A stretch of 62,919 bases of DNA, counting the filler, from Platydemus manokwari (lineage: Eukaryota): NCBI GenBank assembly GCA_037951405.1. It is 5 parts of 5 records of this genome, joined end to end, with 100 filler letters (N's around TTAATTAATTAA, not from the genome) between each part and the next. Parts side by side here need not be neighbours in the genome. Positions count along the whole stretch, not along the records: positions 12,167 to 22,968 come from JBBMOY011104331.1; positions 23,069 to 36,580 come from JBBMOY011699177.1; 3 more parts are not named here. One strand, given 5' to 3'. The notes beneath the pieces were generated by a model. The model was not told the origin of the DNA and did not search any database. It saw only the letters and a list, made by a program, of their open reading frames with translations. Positions 12,935 to 25,900 of this stretch are shown here, piece by piece; the first letter of the stretch is position 1, and each line of letters opens with the position of its first letter. The position numbers and the translations under genes are program-made.

Positions 12935-14339
12935 TCAAATGTAATTCATGGATTCTCGGATGAATATTTCTACATTGTGTGTCAGCAATAAGAGAGTGAA
13001 TTGAATGAATAAATGAATGAGGGAAAATGATGTTTCGTGTCTTGACCAAATTAAGCTCGGAGCAAAAACATTTGCTAGATTTTGGAATGGCATTTTGTTC
13101 TGTTCGGAATGATCAGCGACCTAAAATGATCAATGGTATAAGTAAGTACCTTAAATAACTTTCACAATAAGAATTTGTTAAATTTCCCTATTTTTCCTAT
13201 CATAATTATAAGAAGTATTTTTATGAAATCAGTCGTAATTGATTAATACCATCCAAATGAAGAGAAATTAAAATATTAATCGAGTATAAACAATAACCGA
13301 TTTAACTAAAAACTCATTAAAATTAATTTGAAGTTGATAAAAATGAATGAGAAACAAAGTGCATCTGCTCTGAGACTTATCAGATTCAACTATAATAAAG
13401 AGATTTTTATGACAGATAATGATTAGTCGAACTACAATTGACAACATCTATGTTTCAATATTTCTTATAAGTTGCTAAATTCTAGGTTAATTATGATTCA
13501 TCATTTTTCGATCAATACAGCCAATTAAATTTAATCAAATTTGGTAAAGTGTTGCTAAAAATTTTGAAAAACTAAATTTAAAATTCTATACCTAACAGTA
13601 AATTAATGATGTGTGAGTAATAATAATAATATTTGTCTTATAAAATCATATTTTGATTGCACAGATTTATTGGATAAATAGTTTTGTAGTATAAATATTC
13701 GAAAGAATCAAATTTTCAAAATATTGATTTCATTAGAATTGAAAATCTAGTTGTCAAGAAAAAATGAAACAGTTGTTTCATTGGAAACGGTAAACCTTAT
13801 CACAACTGAACTGCCTAATGGATTGAAAGGATATTCTTTCAATATTCATTTTATGAAAACAGTATTTAGCATATTAGAAAGAAGATAAATCCAAAGATAA
13901 TCTCTAGAAAATTGTTGAGCCTGTTGTATGCGATAATATACTTATTCGTTAGGAAAATTAATTTCAAAATGTAATAAAATTGTTAATACACTGAAGAGAA
14001 AAGAGCTGAATTAACATCTGTACAAAAGAACATGCCAGAATTTAATTGGCAATGTGAACCAGATGTCGATCAAAAAAGAATTCATAAAAGTGTTGTGAAA
14101 GAAAAAATCTGTTGTCGCCAAATTACAAAACTTTGAAAAAAATAATAATTGCTACTAAATTTAAATACATTTATATACACATATATGGATTTCGATTTTT
14201 ATGGGTAAAAATTTTTGTTTTAAATCACTCACTTCTATTAGAAAATCAATAAGATATTGTAGAACTTGATAATTATAATCTGGTAACATTTCACAAACAA
14301 TTGTTCGAATGTGCTCAACTGCAACATCTGTCTGACAAT
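12935..14339 (-). CDS. C-terminal part of an ARHGAP1/ARHGAP8-like RhoGAP domain, two exons (14339..14233, 13120..12935)
   Basis: Spliced: (D)CQTDVAVEHIRTIVCEMLPDYNYQVLQYLIDFLIE|VADHSEQNKMPFQNLANVFAPSLIWSRHE..IFIRESMNYI*, matching the RhoGAP LP..NY.VL.YL..FL..V..HS..NKM...NLA.VF.P.L motif. GT-AG sites; AATAAA near 12845. No N-terminal GAP exons seen. Confidence 0.85.
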
Positions 14340-15279
14340 CTAAATAAACCAATGAAATACAAATTGAGACAATCTACACATCAAAACTTAATAGATGAAC
14401 GCGCGTGTAATACAATATAAACAATACAATTAGATACATCATATGATTTATCAGATATTGAAACAAGCTCGCAAATAACTATCGTTGCAATAGAATAGGT
14501 GATTATGTTGATTTCAGAGGAAAAAATCAATAAAAAGTCGTATAATGAAACAAAAAACAGTCAGTCTTATTTATAAAAATTATAATATTAAAGCAACTGA
14601 ATTATTTATTTGTGCTTCTTAATTATCGCAATAATAATTAATAGATACCGCCTGTATTCCTTATAAAATGGACACAATCATCACTATCCAATAAAACATG
14701 ATGTAACACAATTTAACTGGATGATAAACCCTAACTGTGAGACTAATTTAAAAATCTGACAAATAATTAAAATTTACATAGGATTAAAATTAAAAATGGC
14801 GCCAAAAAATATTTAAAAAAAATTATATTAAAAATTAAAATAGTAAGTAAGGTTTATTTAAGAATACTATGTAGATAAGATTAAAATTAATAATTAAAAA
14901 ATATTTTTAAATAATTATATTAAAAATATTTTTATTTATAAAATGATCGTGCTCGAAACAGAACTGTAATTTCTTAAAGTTTTTTAAAAATAATTTTTCA
15001 TAAAAAATAAAAATTTAAAAATAAAAACCTGATAATTTTACTTTAAAAAAAAGAGGGTTGAAAATAATCGAATATTTGTTTAAAACGATACAAATTATTT
15101 GTTCGGTGAAATCATGTGTTTTGAAATAAATATAAAAATGTAGAAGTTTTAGCCACTAACAGTCACATTTCTAATGATTAAATGACAGCTCAATGTATCA
15201 AATCATCACCAAATCTCTCAACAAAACTTTCAACAAATATCGACAACCGTCAATCATTATCAAATTAACAACAAATCAC

Positions 15280-18200
15280 CTGCAAATTCATTGAAATGAT
15301 TGCCAATATCAAATCCACAATAGTTGTAATCAGCATATTCGAAATCAATAAAATGAATTCGATCTACAAATCAATGACAATAATCATATCTCAAATCAAT
15401 CGATAAATAACCTTTATTTAAATTCATAATCAAGTTATTCACCAATAAATCGTTATGACAAAATGTAATCGGATAATTGGGCTTGACCAAATGTCTTTCC
15501 AAATATGCTATTTCTGTCAACACAGTTGATTTAGTTGGAAAATAAAGTACATATCTAATGATAAATCAATTGAATGATGTTCGAAATATTGTAAAAATAA
15601 ATAATAATCAGAACAATAAAACAAAACTGTATCCAACAGTCAATTGTATTGATTGACAGCCTATCACATACTTTTTATTTTTTTCGGGATCATCTAAATG
15701 ATCTGGCAAGTGATTTGCAATTTCTCGCATTTTTCGAAACAAAAATGGTTCTTTAGAACGGCTTAGATTTAATTTTACAGTATGTAGTTTGGCTAATTCC
15801 TTGGTGATGAGCCTGTTTTAATAAATAATCAAATACAATATGGATATAATTTAATTACGAAATGTGATTATCATCTCTAATATCATACAGATCGAGCATT
15901 GAACCATGAATATATTGATAACAACATCCATTTGCAAATTTTCCCCATACATGAGCAGCTAGACCATGTTCCGATAAGGCTACCATATTTTCCATTTCGA
16001 TATCCCTGTCAAGTAATGCTTCTCCATAAATTCGAACCAAAACCATATCGGTGGAATTTGTTAAGATTTCATCTATGTAAACACCAAATAAAAGATTCGA
16101 GATTCCTCGTTCGAATTTCTGAATTTAATGAAAGAAAGTAGATTAATAAAATGTTTTTACAATTTGTTTAGTTATCAAATCTGATGATTTAATCATTCTG
16201 AAAACCTAGTAGAGTTTCTTATTAGGTTCCTCTACTGCTCTTCCGCAGAGTCCAATATCGTGCAGATAAAAAGGAACGCCATTGTAGATTAAATCTTTGA
16301 ATATCACATTTATTAGACTTTGAAAAGTTCCTAGTGCTGTACATTATCCAAAGACTAGTCTGTTAAAAATAGAACTAAATGTTTCTAGTGCTGAACAACG
16401 TTTTCAACTTAAAATCTTTCTCAAGTTTGACCTAATAATGTACTTAGCCTGAATCTAGCGTGAAGGAGACTGTTGCACCACACAACTGCGTGTACTTTAT
16501 TTATTTGGCGTCTTCCTTCATCACTTCTATTCTATCACCAGTTGATAAGCGTTTTATTGACTCAACTTCACTCACAAGATACCCACAAGAGGTTGGAGAA
16601 AGTTTTTTCTCTTCCATGAAAAGTGAATTAGCAAAATCACCTGCTTCACTTTCGGTTTGAATATCGTTTTCATCTTTTTCATCATGGACACACAATATTT
16701 TCCTAAAATTATCGTAACTAGGCTTTCTGGCTAAATGACTTTCTCTGTACGAATTCCCTTCTTTTCCGCATATTAAACATGTATTCAACAGTGGATATTC
16801 AAACATCCGGTGTCCAAGCTCTTCACAGCAAAATCAGCCTACTGGTTTTAAATAATCACCACATGTCGTGGGTTTTCCTCTACAATCGTTTCAGAATTTA
16901 GACTTGCATTCATTGACCTCTTATTGTTTGGAGATTCCCTGTGATTAACTAATGTTCGATGGTATTCGTTTACACTAAAACCTCTTCCCTGCACGATTAT
17001 ACTTGGATTTGTGTAAAAAGTTTCCTGAAATATTTTTCTCGGGATATTTTTAAATAATCAATGGGTATGTCTTTTTTTAAACTTTTATCGGCATAATCGT
17101 AGTTAGCTACCCCAAATTGATAACCAGCTCTCTTCTTTTTTCGCCGGACATTTCAGGGTCTTTCAATTTCTTGATACTTAGACCACGTAGAATAAATAGA
17201 CTTCAAATTTCTTCAAAAGTGTTTTTCTTTTCAAACACCTCCGTCACCAGTTTCTTTACCCGAAGCTTATAACTGCGGTACTTTTTACCTAGTCTTTACA
17301 GCATTGATGCTAAATCCTGAATCTTGTTGACCACTATAATAGTATGTCAGAATTTATTCAAAAACCATTTCTCTATCACTTGATTTGAAACCATTTCTTT
17401 AAAACTACTGTATTCTTATCATAGCTGTTTGGTGTGTCAGTATATCTCAACAGTACATCAAATGCAAATGGCATCTGCAAAATCCTTGGTTGTCCTAACC
17501 ATTTTTCAGTATCTTGGATTGACAAATAGAAGACCGACGGCTTTGGAATCAACAACTCCAGAGTTTTTTGAGGCAGATCAGAAAAACTGTTCAGCCTCTC
17601 TTCTCTTTTGACTTTCATAAAAACATTTATTTCGGTGTAGTCGCCAGTACAAACGCCATACAAATTCATAAAAGATTATCATTTCGAAAAACACATTATA
17701 CAGAATATTTAAACAAATCGAAAATCAAAGATTTATCTAACTATAACTAAAGACTTTAATCAGCTTGTGAATCAAATAGGAGTTTACGACAATGTTCTAT
17801 CCGATCATAATAATAAATAAATCGGTTTTTATTAGTTTTCAGTTTCACTTGTACAGTGTTTATTTAATTAAGTAATTATGTGATATTAGCGAGAATTCAC
17901 TGTCAAACAATTTAGTAATAAATCTTCCAATATAAAGAATATAGATCACTAATAATGGTAGATTTGGTGTTATACTATCTCAATAAGCAATCACAACTAT
18001 TTTTATATGACAACTAGGTCTGTTTTAAATGTACAAAGGTTCCAAAAGCCTTGAGAAATAATTATTAAATAATGGGATATATGATATCCTATCCATACAC
18101 TACAAGCTCAGTATATCGATAAGACGACCTGTTGATATTATCAATAAATCAATCAACAAACTCTTAACTGTTATGATAGGCTTGATTACAATTTCTATTT

Positions 18201-18540
18201 TAATAACAATTCAACAAATAAATTTTGATTTTTAATTTTGAATGTTAATAATTATTATTTATATTATCGAAAATAAAGTGATTATATTTCTTGTTTCATT
18301 ACAATATTGTTTTGTAGGTGTTTAATTTTCACTGAATATTATTATATTAATAAACGTAATAATCAATAATTAACTAAAAAATAAATGTGAACAATTGGAA
18401 TTTCAATAAATGCCATAAATTACTTTTGTTTTTAAGCAACTGTTATCCCAGTATGGCCTTATTTCTTCAATAAGTGGTTTGACATCCTCATTGAAACTGT
18501 TTCCATGGATTTTAATATTTGGAAATATTTTATATGCCAT
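15280..18540 (-). CDS. ETNK: Ethanolamine kinase (ETNK/eas-like), first five exons (18540..18424, 16118..15859, 15812..15672, 15554..15412, 15363..15280); C-terminal exons not found
   Basis: Spliced MAYKIFP..IEEIRPYW..K|KFERGISNLLFG..VLVRIYG..LAKLH..ITFCHNDLLVNN (Brenner motif)..FIDFEYADYNYCGFDIGNHFNEFA (choline/ethanolamine kinase motif). All junctions are GT-AG with consistent phases. Confidence 0.92.
16165..17400 (-). mobile_element. Degenerate Ty3/Gypsy LTR-retrotransposon internal relic (gag-protease-RT) inside ETNK intron 1
   Basis: Two decayed zinc knuckles (FCCEELGHRMFEYP; TCLICGKEGNSYRES), protease motif VSFTLDSG, then RT FNRLVFG*CTALGTFQSLINVIFKDL..VPFYLHDI (decayed FGL.NAP.TFQ and YLDD). 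The 5' boundary is approximate. Confidence 0.82.
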
Positions 18541-21500
18541 AGAAAACCAAAATAAATCTACAAATAGATACAAATAAATTAAATTGAAACAATTGTGAAT
18601 TAAATGAAATGCTTATATAAATGATAAAAGTTTTCAAAATCGAATCAAAATATTTATTCGATAAAAACTTTACAAAAATTATTTCGTTACTAAATGACTT
18701 CAAATACTTAACGTTTTAAAATCAATACATCATTTGAAAATAGTTTAAGTTAAATTAACTAATTATTTCAAACAAAATTTCAATTGAAAAGTATTTATAT
18801 GCAAATGATTTCGTTTTGATTCAATTAATGATAAGTAGGTTAATATAATCAAGGAATAATTTTCTTAGTTATAATTTATTTTTAAAGTAAAAACTTTCTA
18901 TAACGAAGTAAACTAAATGCGTTCTCATTAAAGAATGTTAAAATACAACAACTGATAATTATACTAAATATTTAGCAACAAAACACAAGTCTTATTATTA
19001 TTCTGTAAAATCCACTGACACTTTTATTTCGTGACTGTGCGATGGTACATATGTGAAATGTATGTGGTGGCTTATATAGCGAGTTTCTGTAGGTAAGTCT
19101 TTGTGCCTTGTTATCTAGTTTTACACTGTGTTGTTTGGTTTGAGGATAACGAGCTGAATCCTTTTAGCATTGAAAATTTTTTCCTTGTTCCTGTGGTAAA
19201 GTTACTATTAGGTTTAAATATAAGACAGATTCAGTAATCTGAAGGAGCTTTAATATTTATGGTTGAGTCTTACTTCGAATTAAAACATAATACTTCTGAT
19301 TTTGATTTAGTTTACCGTGGAGTAAATTCTTAAATATTTTCGAAACATTCACTTTTCATTATCATAGAGTTCAAGTTATTTTCACTCCGATTTATATGAC
19401 ATTGAAATTCCATAACATCATTGATTGCCCTGTAACAAGTTTGTGTTTGTTCTAATTGTAGTTTCTTATTACTAGTTCTTTTTTTTCAATAGCAAATTGT
19501 TTACATTTCACTTCACGTAATTTCTCTAGGAACATCTTTCTTGTAGTTAATCAAAAGGACAAGGCAGCCTCTATAATCGACAATGTTTCTGCAAGCAAAT
19601 ATCCTTTAAACTTTTTAACATAAAGAATTTTTATTTTTCAAAGCCATAAATTACTAATTGGACTATAGCAAGATGCTGTCAAACTTCGAGCCTGATATGC
19701 AAACGAATTTTTTACGAAATTTTTTTTCGTATCAAGCAAAATGGTATTAACTTGAGTATACAAGCATATGCATTTCGAAAACTGATTTAAATTTTCAGAC
19801 TCTGTAAAACACACCAAGCAAAAATGTTGCATTGACTCCGATCATATTTTTGTTGTTAATATATTTTTACGCGTGTTTAGTGAAGTAAAGCACTAAATAT
19901 ACAAAAAATCAATGAGACGGTGCGGGATAAAATGGTGACATATTCAGATAGTGAAATGTAGAAAAAGAACAATTGCTTATTATTGTAAAATGATATGCTA
20001 AATGGAAAAACATGCTGGAACCAAAACGAAAATAAAAAATTGAGACAGAATCCCTGAAATATGACCTGGTGTAGTAGGTAAGTGATTGAGATAAAAACAA
20101 TGTTCAATGAGTTGACTCTAAAGAAAGAATGGGAACGACCAAAAGAAATAAGCGGAATTTTGACCAAAATATTCTGGAAAGAAGATTTCTAAATAAAAGA
20201 TATAAAAAGATGGAGATAATTAAGCGTAAATCTGGAAGCATAAATGGAAGCCGCTGAAAAACAATTCCAATCAATCCAACATCCAATTCAACCAAACACA
20301 ATTGTGATTAGAATGTGATTGAAAATTTTTTCATATGAATGAAACTAATATATGATTTTCAAATCGATTTTTGTGATCTAGAAATTACTATTTTTATATT
20401 AATTAATTACGGTGAAAAATAATTATTTGGAATGGATGTCGATTAGAATATATTGGTAGGGTCAATTCTTATATTTTTTGATATGCGGTAGATAATAATA
20501 GTACAAGTAGATAATAGTAGATAATAAACTACCCTTAAAATGTCATGAATTTTTGAAGATTGATTTTATACATTTTATTTAAAAGAATGGTTTGACTTGG
20601 TTCAAACCGTTTAAATTAATAATAGACAGATAAATGTTGTATCATATAGAACGTTAAAATTCAGTTAAAATACTGCTTGAAGAGAAAAATTTTAAATCAC
20701 TGAATAGATTGAAAAATAATTTTCCTCTCAAAACTGTGCTTCTTTCCAATTGTCAATCGCTATTTAAAACTTTCAACAAGGTTAGAAAAAATTATAATTA
20801 AATACCAAAACCCAAATGATCGATTTGAAAATGTAATTCAACAATGAATGTAGGCATATTTAGCGTTTAAATATATTGAAGTTAATTTACAAATGTTTGT
20901 AAATCTTTTCTTCGTCTTATTTATATTGCCTTTTTTTCAGTGCTACTCCTTCTTTCTAATATTTTATTTACTTTTCTCTTTTTTATTTACTTTCTTTATC
21001 TCTTTATTTATCGTTTTTATTTTTAGATATTAATATTTTGTTGTTCTATTTTTAGGCTTTTTAAATGCAATTTTCACATTTTGTTCTAGCAATTTCTAAA
21101 AAATGCCTATTGGTAATTCTTCTTAATCAGTTGGATTCTGGTGCTCAGCAATAAATATCATTTAAAAATTAAATATTATTTAAAATATTATCCGGAAATT
21201 ATTTTGCACCAACTGTTCTTTGTCTGTTGGAATCCAAATAAGTTTTAGATGCTAGTATCTGTTTTATAAACTTCATTAAAATTATAAATAGAAAAATTGT
21301 ATGAAGTTAGTAAATCTTTAACAGTTTGTCTATTGTCTACATACCGCCTACATAATAATTTATGAATGGATTTTCCTCTATGTCTCTCGTGCTATTGGCA
21401 TGTCTTGGCTTTTGTTGCCTTCTAGTGATGTGCACCAACTGATGATAAAATTCTAATTTTGGGTTAGTCTTTTGAAAGCATCCGATTTGCTATAAGCAAG

Positions 21501-21799
21501 GAATAAATCGTAATTGTGTGCGTCGACCTTTCTGATGGTTTTTCTAAACTCCTCATGATTATCCTGCTTGTTTTTGTTACACAAGGAACATAAGACGCAG
21601 CACATATTCTGTATAAAGAAGATTTAGAGAAGATATAAAACAGTTAGAAGAAATAGAGTTTTTTATGTAGATAAAAATGAACAATCGATACAATGTCAAT
21701 TAAGAATGCAAAGAAAATCAAAGATTTTAAAGAAAGCGGGGTGTGAGAATTTTAAATTGAATTAAATTTTTTAGAGATTTAACTTTGTATAAAATTTAA

Positions 21800-21913
21800 T
21801 TCTATTTAAATATAAGATAAAATTAATTTGTTTAAATATTTGTATTTACATTTGATTGGATGTCTTTTCAGTTCGTTTTTAATGTGTGGTTTTTAAAATA
21901 GTATCGGTTTACA
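21800..21913 (+). repeat. Dispersed direct repeat, copy 1 (copy 2 at about 23165-23273)
   Basis: Identical 41-bp core TTTTCAGTTCGTTTTTAATGTGTGGTTTTTAAAATAGTATC at 21865-21905 and 23225-23265, with weaker similarity upstream. Confidence 0.8.
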
Positions 21914-22886
21914 AATATCATATATGGATTGAGTTAAAATGCGTTGTTGTACATGGATTGAGACTTGAATAGAATTTTATGAATAAGTTCTGAGTTTTGT
22001 TAAAGAAATAAAAGGCAATTAAATACTAGCTGTGCTTACATTTATTTATATGTCATTTATAGACATCACCGTTGAGTTTATTTAACAAAACTTTACCCAA
22101 TATATTCACGGATATTATTGATACTTTTTCCTTTAACCACTATAGCTATTGTGCCACTTATTATTCCAATCACTCTCAATCCATTTTTAATTGTAAGAAT
22201 TTCTGTTGTTATCATGTTTGTTATATTCACTTTTGTTTCTGCCATTCAGTTTTGTTTATTTTATTTTCATTGCCTCGATTTCTAAAGTTTATCCATTTCC
22301 GTTGTCATTTTTCCATATTTTTCTCTACATCTGAAAAGTTACATTTCGCTGTTCCTTAACAATTTTCTATCCAGCTCGCATTCTGACGTATCTGGAGCAT
22401 GAGAAAAAAACACTGGAATAAACTTCAAATTGCAAACACATTCATCAGTAAGCAATTCGAGATTTTCGATTTCGCTTTTCAATCAGTACAATGCATTTGG
22501 GATGTCAAAATTAAATGCTTCTACGTTTTGATGGAAACAATTCTTTGCATGAAATCTTCCCATAAGCTCAAGCTAGTAACATTTAAGAAATTACTAAATG
22601 CGATGAACTAATTGGCACGTTAGTTTGTATATTGAAAAGTTTCCTACACAATGTGTGCCTTGACTTGACTTCTTTCCTTGGTCTGATTTAATTATCTTTG
22701 AAAAATTTTAAAATCAGATTTTTATGAAATATTAATTTTTTAAATAATTGCAATTTAAATATAATTTCTGTGTCGGGACTTTTCATTTAATCTCCACTTC
22801 GCCACTTACAATTACTATTCTTTGTTTTTATTCTGTTTCTAGTAAAGATACGAATTTTATTCTTTTTTCGATTTGGTTAACTAAGC

Positions 22887-22909
22887 CAGGAGTCTCCAAA
22901 GTACGGCCC
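22887..22909 (+). mobile_element. hAT (Charlie-like) terminal sequence, other end lost or in the gap
   Basis: CAGGAGTCTCCAAAGTACGGCCC resembles the CAGGGGTxTCCAAACTACGGCCC hAT terminus pattern. Confidence 0.55.
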
Positions 22910-24009
22910 ACCAAGCTTACTATGAAACACACGAACATTATGACAAAATTAAGTGATACACATATTTANNNNNNNNNNNNNNNNNNNNNNNNNNNNNNNN
23001 NNNNNNNNNNNNTTAATTAATTAANNNNNNNNNNNNNNNNNNNNNNNNNNNNNNNNNNNNNNNNNNNNTGTTGTTTTAAATAAATTTATGTACAACAAAT
23101 TTTTATTTCCAATTTTGTCCGCGAACTTTATTTACAACCTAATAATTCTGTATAAAAGTGTTTTGTATAAATTCAAATTAAGTTGTTTAAATAATTGTAG
23201 TTAAATATAATTTGATGTAGCGATTTTTCAGTTCGTTTTTAATGTGTGGTTTTTAAAATAGTATCTACTTACACTAATAATTAATTTAATAAGTAAAATA
23301 AAATAAATACTGTTGATAAGTATATCTCAATAAGTCACGAGAAGATATCCTATAATCTCATTAAGTCTACAAATAATCAATTGAATACAGACACACTCTT
23401 TGAGCCTTTCTTTCCCTCTCGTTATAAATCTTATATCTAACAGTAACATCAGGATTGGGAATCTATTGGATTACACATACCATGATAGTAACTGACTGAT
23501 TTATCATTTAAATCGAAATTACCAATTTTATGAAAGCAATGTTGATCGAACTAACCTACGATTTATATCAAAAACTGTACTAACTTTTTTTGTCTATTAA
23601 ACCAAATTTGTTTGATATCGATTTTATTATTCTGAGGGGCTTTGTAACCTTTAGGATTGAAACTATGTCTTCGGTCCACAAGGGGTTTGGTTCTTAGTAC
23701 GTGTATGGAGTCAGAAATAATAATCATTGTTGTACAGAGGGTGTTCTGAAATTTTTTTCAAAGTCCTACCTATAATGAGAGTGTCGAATCAAAAATAATG
23801 TCACTCAAAACAACAATGGATTTCAAAAGAGTAATTAATGCATACGAAAGCTTAAATGATCAAAGAAAAGACGTCTAAAATTCAGAAAAATCAGTAAAAA
23901 CAAATCCAAGGGGTAATAATAAATAAATAGGGCTTGAGGATCCAAAATTGAATAATTAATAGAGGCTTGTTATGAATTAAATAAATAATTAATTTTTCGG
24001 TTATTACTA

Positions 24010-24190
24010 AAAGTAACAGGCTGCGAATCCTCTTTTTGTCAGGGATACCAATTAACTATAATTTAAGGAATAGAATGTTTGAGAATCAACAACTTTTAAT
24101 AAATGTTATAAAGCGAGAACTCGGACTACTTGAAAGACCGTTTTGTGTACGCTCGGTAGAAATCCTTAACAATAAAATTGACAAAATACA
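24010..24190 (+). mobile_element. Possible decayed mariner transposase C-terminus
   Basis: NYNLRNRMFENQQLLINVIKRELGLLERPFCVRSVEIL loosely fits the mariner L.GR.F......V...L..L...FY..GI..L tail; weak. Confidence 0.3.
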
Positions 24191-24959
24191 AACCTTTAAT
24201 TTTGTTTCAATAAAATTACAATTTTACCATAATTGCTCTGTGATTTTTAAATAGTTTCAAACAACAAATCTTGTTTTTATTAATAATAAAAATGAGTCTT
24301 CGGAAATAAAATCTTTCATTATTCGTAATTTTTAATAACTGGCTTTCGAATTGAAACTGTGCTTGAATGGAAACTGAGGCTGCAATTTCTTATTTTGTAA
24401 ACTTCATGATGTCATTGTTAATCATAAGACTTTTTAATAAGGGAACATCTATTTAGTACAATTAGAATGTTATATATCATCACATTTCTGATTATGCAAT
24501 CAGATCATGGGAGATTAAACGGTTAGTACCAACTGATAGTTGCGCAATCACTAATCTCATTTACGCATCTCCCTTACAGTCATAATTAATAATTTGTGCC
24601 CAAACTGGGTTCAGTAATTACATTTATATCCCCGTTTTTATTTGATATGAATTTCGTAAAATAACCCATCAATTTCTCCATATTTACTGTATTAGATTTA
24701 AAATTCATTTCGAATCTGTTCTAATTCATCGTTATTATTTTCATACATTATTCCTCATTAATTTAATCTATGATAATTCCTTGAGAATGAAATTGCATTT
24801 AATGATTTACCTACATGAATTTAAATAATTACAATGTTATTAAACCTTGTAGTTATTTAATTCTCAGGGATAAAATGAAAATATTAAGCTTTATACATAA
24901 ATATTCAATATAATAATAATGATTTGATTTCCGTCAACAAAAGCTGCCCTCGATCCAAA

Positions 24960-25900
24960 ACGATATCGCATTGAAGAAAATAATGAACGGTTTCATTAAT
25001 ACCAATCGAGTCTCAAGCAATAATCGTTACCAGATGATTGAAGTATGTGTCAATGAATCAATACCGAAGTTGCAACACTGTCTTCTTCAATGAAGGTTGT
25101 TCTGTGCATTCATTGATGGGCAATAGATTAAGCCTTGCAAGATGAATAAAACGTCAAGCATTATTGTTGATGAAGCCGATATGAACTATTTAATTGAATC
25201 CTGTGTTTCGATTAATAACACGAGCTAATATGTATGAATATAGGTTAGTCGTATGAATAGGCGCAATATATTAATGAATAATGAGCCTCAAATATCCTTT
25301 ACATTTCACAAAGAGTGGATCATATATATGAATATATGTTGTGCTGTCTTCACGATAAACTTCATAACAAACACTTGGTTAATATTAAACTAATCAAATG
25401 ATTTGACCACCGAAGATATCATTGTTTTTGGGATTTTTGTAGTTTTTGACGCTGTAGTCTTAGAATTTCTACTTCGACCAATGATTATCTGATCACATGC
25501 TGGTGCACTTGAACGAATGCATTGATAATATTTAAGACCTGGATGGTCTGGTAGAAATTATATTCATCTAAATAGATCCTATAAGACAGGTTTACTACGA
25601 ATCGGATAAGTCTACAAATTGTATATTTTAGACAGGTGTGATAAAGCAATAAACAGGGTCATTTTGACTTGCTTGATTGCTGATTGTCTGAGTTCAATGT
25701 TGTTGCATGTTACGTGTATTGTTATTTGCTTTGGTTGCATGGCATGTAAAAAAATAAAATGATAAACAATTGTTGGGACTCCCACCAAGCCATTACATAC
25801 AATGCGTAGATATAAACATTGATGAACAATAATAATCTATCGCCATGATCAAGCTGTTGTAATCTTGTATAAAATGTATAATTCTAAAAAAAGAACAATC
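24960..25900 (-). mobile_element. Heavily degenerate NeSL/Utopia-like non-LTR retrotransposon, post-RT region
   Basis: Minus-strand frames give YLRIVCNGLVGVPTI (LY...GGLG.P), RFIHLARLNLLPIN (the RFIH.ARLN.LP motif preceding the knuckle) and RQCCNFGIDSLTH/HILQS (decayed CCHC). Many stops. Confidence 0.7.

Noticed and set aside
19000-22600. Purine-skewed, coding-like stretches (similar ones at 27100-27480, 28300-28900, 36100-36480, 52600-53520, 56100-56700)
   Set aside because: Probably old TE debris, but no diagnostic motif could be read, so no call is made.
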